Below, piece by piece: positions 1-4,979 of a stretch of DNA of 10,569 bases (position 1 is its first letter; each line of letters starts with the position of its first letter). The DNA lies in assembly GCA_043810925.1 (NCBI GenBank), contig JBDRNT010000110.1, positions 1 through 10,569 on the forward strand, read 5' to 3'. Source of the DNA: Candidatus Eiseniibacteriota bacterium (lineage in GTDB: Bacteria > Arandabacterota > Arandabacteria > Arandabacterales > Arandabacteraceae). Under the pieces are notes generated by a model. It searched no databases, was not told where the DNA came from, and saw only the letters and a program-made list of their open reading frames with translations. Made by a program: the position numbers and the translations under genes.

Positions 1-295
1 CTACGATTTCCTTGATCTTGGCCGCATGCAAACGTTGGGGGCTGGGGCCGTGGGGTGCATCTTCGGCCAGGCCCCGGGGGCCCTGTTCTTTGAATCGACT
101 GCGCCAGAGAATAACGGTGGGCCGGGAGGTTCCCAATTGACGGGCAATCGCATTGTTGGATTTTCCATCGGCGGCCAGTAGACAGATGCGCGAGCGCAGG
201 ACCACACGCTGCGGTGTCGTCCTGGCACGCACCCAGGCTTCCAAGGTTCTTCGTTGTTCGGAGGTAATGACGAGAGCATCGGTTGGTTTCCACAT
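1..295 (-). CDS. IS630-family transposase, N-terminal helix-turn-helix part (partial, runs off the left edge)
   Basis: Manual translation from ATG at 295 (frame absent from the ORF track): MWKPTDALVITSEQRRTLEAWVRARTTPQRVVLRSRICLLAADGKSNNAIARQLGTSRPTVILWRSRFKEQGPRGLAEDAPHGPSPQRLHAAKIKEIV, open to position 1. The pattern R-x-R-I-x-LLAADG-x-SN-x-x-IA-x-x-LG...TV-x-x-WR-x-RF-x-x-x-G-x-x-GL-x-x-D is typical of IS630 transposase N-termini. Confidence 0.92.
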   Translation of the reverse strand, partial: MWKPTDALVITSEQRRTLEAWVRARTTPQRVVLRSRICLLAADGKSNNAIARQLGTSRPTVILWRSRFKEQGPRGLAEDAPHGPSPQRLHAAKIKEIV

Positions 296-302
296 AATCC
301 CG

Positions 303-331
303 TTTGTATCACGGGTAGTGGATATTGTCAA
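303..331 (-). promoter_or_regulatory. Putative sigma70 promoter of the IS630 transposase
   Basis: TTGACA (331-326), 17-nt spacer, TACAAA (308-303), then 7 nt to the ATG at 295. Confidence 0.5.
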
Positions 332-501
332 GGTATTACTGAGACACTACACTAGCGGCAGGGCCGTCGCAGCGTGATTGCGATCGTGAGTCTCAGCAGG
401 ACCGCAAGTTCAAATCTGTATTCTCATGCCAGATTAGCGACCATCCCCGCCATTTCAGCACATTCTTGAGTCATCAGTAAGTTGCGAAGACCGTCCTGTT
501 T

Positions 502-579
502 TGACATGCCCCCAATAACGGTACCATTCAGCTATACAGTTTTTCAAGCACTCATGCCCCCATCTCTGGACCAGTTCAG
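502..579. repeat. Two imperfect direct repeats resembling IS3-family terminal inverted repeats (remnants)
   Basis: TGACATGCCCCCAATAACGGTACCATTCAG (502-531) and CATGCCCCCATCTCTGGACCAGTTCAG (553-579) share CATGCCCCCA exactly (505-514, 553-562). The TGAC-x-TGCCCCC...GG(T)ACCA layout resembles IS3-family ends. No IS3 transposase ORF is visible. Confidence 0.5.
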
Positions 580-696
580 GATAGAATTCTAAGCCGTGAT
601 TTCGCATAGGGCAACCTCAACCTCCGAGGTTTGGTCCTGCCCGCGCTCAGAAATAAAGTAGACTGGGGGTGGGGGGTACTTTCTCATAGAAGGGTA

Positions 697-787
697 GTCA
701 CCAGCTCAAACTCAAACGAGCTCACATTGCGTTCCCAGCACCAAGAGGTTGTCGACGCAATGCAGCTTGTGAATTCGAGTTGGTGAC
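697..787. repeat. Long imperfect inverted repeat (91-nt hairpin)
   Basis: GTCACCAGCTC (697-707) pairs with GAGTTGGTGAC (777-787, one G-T). CATTGCGT (725-732) pairs perfectly with ACGCAATG (755-762). The segments between (708-724 vs 763-776) are mostly complementary with small bulges. Confidence 0.75.
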
Positions 788-817
788 GTCCATACCATGA
801 CCCTGATGATTGACAGA

Positions 818-3800
818 CTATCTCCAGTCCCCCATTGCTATGAAGCCGCCCCAGGTGAATGGATGATCAGGTTGGCCGCTCTGACGCAGTTCCTTGATCT
901 TCTGTAGCTGTATCCGCCGCATGGTTTCAGGTATGATTTCATCGTGTCTTCCATACAGCTCGCTCATCATGTAGGCTGTTGCTTCATCGGATACCGGCCA
1001 GAGGGCACTGATGACCGTCCGGGCCCCCGCTATCTGGAATGCTCTCCGCAGCCCATAGACGCCCTCACCCTCCTCGACCTTGCCAAGGCCGGTCTCGCAG
1101 GCTGACAGAACCACCAACTGTGTACCGGAGAGAGTCATGGTCGTGACCTCTTCGGCCGTGAGGATTCCATCTTCTACCCCTATACTGGCCGCCCCTTCCC
1201 CACGCAGATTGGCCCCAGCAAGAAGCAAACCCGTCAGGAGAAGCGGGTTTTCTTCGAGATACGGCGGGACAACCCCGAGATCGTGAGTATCCCCGGGTTC
1301 TTCCCCGGTCCCTCCAGAAAGAAAGTACCCGTGTGTTGCAAGGTGTATCACCCTCTTCCCCGGAGCTTCAGCCTTTAACCTTTGCTCACTGGCATCAGAG
1401 CCAAAATACACCGCCAGTGGCTCCCTGGTAGCTGTTTCCCACTTCTGAGATACAAGCTCTACCTCCGTCCGCGTGCCGGGAAGAGGAGAAGCGCTCAGAG
1501 CGTTGAGGCCTTCCCGGATTGAACGCAGCACCCGGTCTGCAACGTACACCGGCTCAGAGAGAGATGGGTATGGTTGATCAGCAGCCGGCCCCTGTCTCAT
1601 CGCGGCAGGACTGTCATAATCAGGATCACCCAACGCTAATAGCCCGACACCAGATCGATCAGCGTGGCGGAGTCTCAAGAGGTCGCGACCAGAGGAAAGA
1701 TAGTGGAGGTGATACTGCTCTATCAGGTAGCTTCCGTCGGGATCGATCAGCCCTGCAAACGGGACTAGGCATAGAGCGCCTTCCGGCGCAATTGCGATTA
1801 GGCTCTCAACCGAGACCAATGTCTCTATCGGGGACCAGATCAAATCATAGAGACGCTCCGCGACTGCCGAATGCTCGGCTTGATCGTGGATGTCGGGACC
1901 ACGCCTTGAGAAGGCTATGTCCAGTATGTGTGCCCTGTACCTCGCGACAAGGTCCTCAATCTCTTCTGCCCTGCCCAGGTCGATGATCCCCTGCGGACCC
2001 GCACCGTCACAAACACACACGAGGTAATGAGGCTCCCGAATGCCGCTCTTGACATCTTCGCGGATGTACCTCATGTACTCCACGAGCATCACCGGACTCG
2101 AGATGTCTTCTAAGACATCTGCAATCTTGCCGGCGTCAACATGAAGGATATCCTGAAGTCTGCGATAAGTAGTGTCTGTTCTTGCCAGCCTGGTCTCAAA
2201 GCGCTTCTTGTCCCTGGAGGTTTTGTCCAGTGTTTCTCTATACGCTTCTATCCCCTCGTCGCCAGGCCCAGACACATAAAGATTCGACAGAAGCGAACTT
2301 GCTGCCCTCAAGGAATCCACCGTAACACCCGGCAGCGCCATCATGTGCATGCCGGTTGCGCGGGCAAGGACCGCTTCCGATGTCTGACCCTTAGTTGAAA
2401 GAATTACGGTTGCTGCCCACGTGCGCGCAGTTTCAGTGTGAGCGGGGCAGTCGAAGTAGGCGGAAAGGAAACGGTTGGCCGAGGCACTCTTTAAACGGGA
2501 ATGCTTGAGTGCGTCACGTTCGGGCATAACAGCCGACCCTTCACGAAAACTTGCCTCCATAATCTCAAAGGCTTTCCGGGCCGCCGTAAGAGAGGCCGCT
2601 GTATCTCCCATCTTTCCGCGGTGGCGGCTATAGTCCGCCAGGTCACTGGCGACTGCCGGGTGCTGGGGACCCAGGGCATTCTCTTTGATCTCCAAGGCAC
2701 GCTTGAAGAGTGGCTCGGCTTCAGCAAATAGGCCCTGTTTGTCATAGAGCACTGCCAGGGTGATGAGGCTCCATGTCAGGTCGGGGTGTTCCGGGCCAAG
2801 AGTCTTCTCCCAGATGGATAGGGCACGCTCCGAAAGTGACTCAGCATCTGCATATCGACCCTGTTTGCCGTAGAGTACTGCTAGATCGTGGAGGCTCGCG
2901 GCAACTTCGGGGTGTTCCGGACCAAGAGTCTTCTCCCAGATGGATAGGGCGCGCTTTTGAAGTGGCTCGGCATCTGTATACCGGCCTTGTGAGAGATAAA
3001 CGCCTGCGAGATTGCTGAGGCTCGAGGCGACATGGGGATGCTCCGGGCCAAGAGTCTCTTCCCTGATCTCCAGAACGCGCTTGTGGACCGGTTCGGCATC
3101 TGCGTACCGGCCCTGCCGCTCGTAAAGCACAGCCAGGTTGTTCAGGCATGTCGCCACGTCTGGGTGTTCCGGGCCAAAAGCCTTTTCAAAGGTTTCAAAT
3201 GCGCGCTCGTAGAGCGGTTCGGCGTCCGCATATCGGCCTAGGGTCGCGTAAAGGCCCGCGAGGTTGTGGAGGCACCAGGCCACGTCTGGGTGTCCCACTC
3301 CGTAAGCCTTCTCTGTGATCTCCAGGGCACGCTTGTAGAGTGGCTCAGCATCCGCATGTCGGCCCTGCTCTTCATATAGACTCCCAAGATTGCCAAGGCC
3401 CGTGGCCACGTCCGGGTGTTCCGGGCCAAGAGCTGTTTCGCGGATTCCGTTGACCCGCTTAAAGAGTGGCTCAGCATCGCCGTACATGCCAAGCGTATAA
3501 TATAGAACTGCGAGGATTTCTGTACTCGTGGTGACATCCGGATGCTCTGGTGTGAGGGTCTTCTCCCTGATTGCAAGGGCGCGCTCAAGGAGAGGTTTGG
3601 CCAAGTTGTAGTCTCCCCGATAATAGTGGAGCTCCCCCAGTCCACTCAGGCTGAGTGCCACTTCCGGATGCTCGGGACCGAGAGTCTTCTCAAAGATTGA
3701 TAGGCTCTGCCTGTAAAGCTGTTCTGCGCCATCATAGTCAGAAAGGCCGAGACAAGCTTCTCCGAGACCATGCAACGAGCGCCCCACTTCGAGATGCTCC

Positions 3801-4240
3801 GGACCCAGGTTTCTCTTTCTCACTGCAAGCACTTGCTCGTCCACCGACCTAGCTTCTTCGTAGTTGCCCAGCTGTTTCTGGAGAAATGCCATGTCTGTGA
3901 GGACTTCTGCCACATCCGGGTGGTCACCGCCGAGTATCTTCTCCTTCAGAGAGGCTACCTTGGTGTACAGAGATTCCGCCTCAGCATAGCTCCTGAAGTG
4001 AAACCTCTCCGAAACACCTTCCCTCCTGTACTTGACCTCGACAGTAGTATCCGCAGCACCGTACTCAGTGAGAGCTCTCGACATCGCCTCGTCAACCAGC
4101 ACATTCGCTGAGTCAAGATACCCCGTGCTCACAAGCGATTCCGCATTGGCAAGCAGCTTCTGCCATGCCGGGTATTCTTCAGCCTCAACTGAAGAGCAGG
4201 CACTGATTACAATCGATACAACGATTAGGTACGTTCTCAT
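818..4240 (-). CDS. Exported TPR-repeat + CHAT domain (caspase-like, clan CD) protease, 1140 aa
   Basis: Eleven LG(P/G)xHPxV-type linkers define 42-aa kinesin-light-chain-like TPR repeats. The C-terminal CHAT domain has IAPEGALCLVPFAGL, LGDPDY, LPGTRTEV, HLATHG (His codon 1331-1333), VVLSACETGLG (Cys codon 1097-1099), GLRRAFQIAGA, LWPVSD and HPFTWGGF. I prefer ATG 4240 over the GTG at 4303: GGAGGT lies 6 nt upstream and it gives a clean signal peptide MRTYLIVVSIVISAC. Confidence 0.93.
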   Translation of the reverse strand: MRTYLIVVSIVISACSSVEAEEYPAWQKLLANAESLVSTGYLDSANVLVDEAMSRALTEYGAADTTVEVKYRREGVSERFHFRSYAEAESLYTKVASLKEKILGGDHPDVAEVLTDMAFLQKQLGNYEEARSVDEQVLAVRKRNLGPEHLEVGRSLHGLGEACLGLSDYDGAEQLYRQSLSIFEKTLGPEHPEVALSLSGLGELHYYRGDYNLAKPLLERALAIREKTLTPEHPDVTTSTEILAVLYYTLGMYGDAEPLFKRVNGIRETALGPEHPDVATGLGNLGSLYEEQGRHADAEPLYKRALEITEKAYGVGHPDVAWCLHNLAGLYATLGRYADAEPLYERAFETFEKAFGPEHPDVATCLNNLAVLYERQGRYADAEPVHKRVLEIREETLGPEHPHVASSLSNLAGVYLSQGRYTDAEPLQKRALSIWEKTLGPEHPEVAASLHDLAVLYGKQGRYADAESLSERALSIWEKTLGPEHPDLTWSLITLAVLYDKQGLFAEAEPLFKRALEIKENALGPQHPAVASDLADYSRHRGKMGDTAASLTAARKAFEIMEASFREGSAVMPERDALKHSRLKSASANRFLSAYFDCPAHTETARTWAATVILSTKGQTSEAVLARATGMHMMALPGVTVDSLRAASSLLSNLYVSGPGDEGIEAYRETLDKTSRDKKRFETRLARTDTTYRRLQDILHVDAGKIADVLEDISSPVMLVEYMRYIREDVKSGIREPHYLVCVCDGAGPQGIIDLGRAEEIEDLVARYRAHILDIAFSRRGPDIHDQAEHSAVAERLYDLIWSPIETLVSVESLIAIAPEGALCLVPFAGLIDPDGSYLIEQYHLHYLSSGRDLLRLRHADRSGVGLLALGDPDYDSPAAMRQGPAADQPYPSLSEPVYVADRVLRSIREGLNALSASPLPGTRTEVELVSQKWETATREPLAVYFGSDASEQRLKAEAPGKRVIHLATHGYFLSGGTGEEPGDTHDLGVVPPYLEENPLLLTGLLLAGANLRGEGAASIGVEDGILTAEEVTTMTLSGTQLVVLSACETGLGKVEEGEGVYGLRRAFQIAGARTVISALWPVSDEATAYMMSELYGRHDEIIPETMRRIQLQKIKELRQSGQPDHPFTWGGFIAMGDWR
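2560..3990 (-). repeat. Intragenic tandem array of 126-nt (42-aa) TPR repeats (approximate limits)
   Basis: Periodic AEPLxxRALxIxEKxLGPEHPxVAxxLxxLA motif. 2781-2829 and 2907-2955 match at 47 of 49 nt at an offset of 126. Confidence 0.9.
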
Positions 4241-4333
4241 GCGCTGACCTCCCGATGTTTGCGGTAGTGAGACATGCGCGTGCCAGCTCGAAGGCTCTTT
4301 CACAACCGCTACCCCTCGAGTACTCCCTTTGGG

Positions 4334-4942
4334 TCAGATCTCGTCACCAAGTCTCTGGATCTCAGCCAGCAGATCCTCTACATATGTGTCTGATCCGGGA
4401 TCGAGAGTGTTGCCGGGATTGAGGATGTCTACTTGGGCCTTGGCTTCATCGTATTGGCTCAGCCCGTAGTAGCTATGCGCAAGTATCAGCCTCAAGTCCT
4501 TCCAATCAAGTGACGTGTCGTGAGAGAAGACATAGTCAGAATCAATGGCCAGAGCGCTGTCCGCCCAGCCTATCGCCGTCTGGAAGTCAACCGGCTCCAG
4601 GTCTCTGTAAATAACTGCTTTGCCGGCACGCGGATCCGCAGTGATCACGCCGTGGGATATCGCATGGTCGAAGGCGTCAATTCCCGCTTCGAGAGAATCA
4701 AGATTGGCGCAGCACCAGCCGACTCCATTATACGCTTCCCCGTGGCCGGGATCCCTGCCAAGCGCCTGATCGAACTTCAGTAATGCTCCTTGGTATTGGT
4801 TATCCTCAAATCTGTCCCAGCCTTCACGAGTCAGCTGCTCCGGTGTGGCCTCCGGTTTACAACCGTTCTCACCACAACCCATGAAAAGGCAGAGTACCAA
4901 GGCAATAGACGCTGCAGATAAGTAACTCTTCATCCCGTTCAT
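4334..4942 (-). CDS. TPR-containing putative lipoprotein, 202 aa
   Basis: Strong RBS AAGGAGG (4956-4950) 7 nt before the ATG. A hydrophobic stretch ends in LFMGC (lipobox-like, Cys23). TPR-like helices EGWDRFEDNQYQGALLKFDQALGRDPGHGEAYNGVGW and LILAHSYYGLSQYDEAKAQVDILNP follow. Confidence 0.85.
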   Translation of the reverse strand: MNGMKSYLSAASIALVLCLFMGCGENGCKPEATPEQLTREGWDRFEDNQYQGALLKFDQALGRDPGHGEAYNGVGWCCANLDSLEAGIDAFDHAISHGVITADPRAGKAVIYRDLEPVDFQTAIGWADSALAIDSDYVFSHDTSLDWKDLRLILAHSYYGLSQYDEAKAQVDILNPGNTLDPGSDTYVEDLLAEIQRLGDEI

Positions 4943-4979
4943 CTGGCTCCCTCCTTAAACCCCATGCTGAACCGCACCT

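Larger units (their letters stand above)
1..354 (-). mobile_element. IS630-family insertion sequence, left end (partial)
   Basis: About 60 nt upstream of the transposase ATG the minus strand reads CTAG-TGTAGTGTCTCAGTAATACCTTGACA (CTAG at 352-355). IS630 elements duplicate a TA target, often within CTAG. The other terminal repeat lies outside the window, so pairing cannot be confirmed. Confidence 0.8.

Noticed and set aside
1-377. ORF-track entries 1..312 (-) and 153..377 (+)
   Set aside because: Off-frame or antisense shadows of the IS630 transposase; no recognisable motifs.
655-682. G-rich run GGGGGTGGGGGG flanked by AAAGTA/TACTTT
   Set aside because: Only two G tracts and a 6-bp AT-rich inverted repeat; too weak to call a G-quadruplex, terminator or IS end.
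818-4240. Craspase (type III-E CRISPR) or CHAT/ECF-sigma module
   Set aside because: No cas7-11, csx30/31, sigma or anti-sigma gene in the window, and the protease appears exported.
1080-4247. Many short ORFs overlapping the CHAT gene
   Set aside because: Antisense or alternate-frame by-products of a GC-rich repetitive coding sequence; no independent coding evidence.
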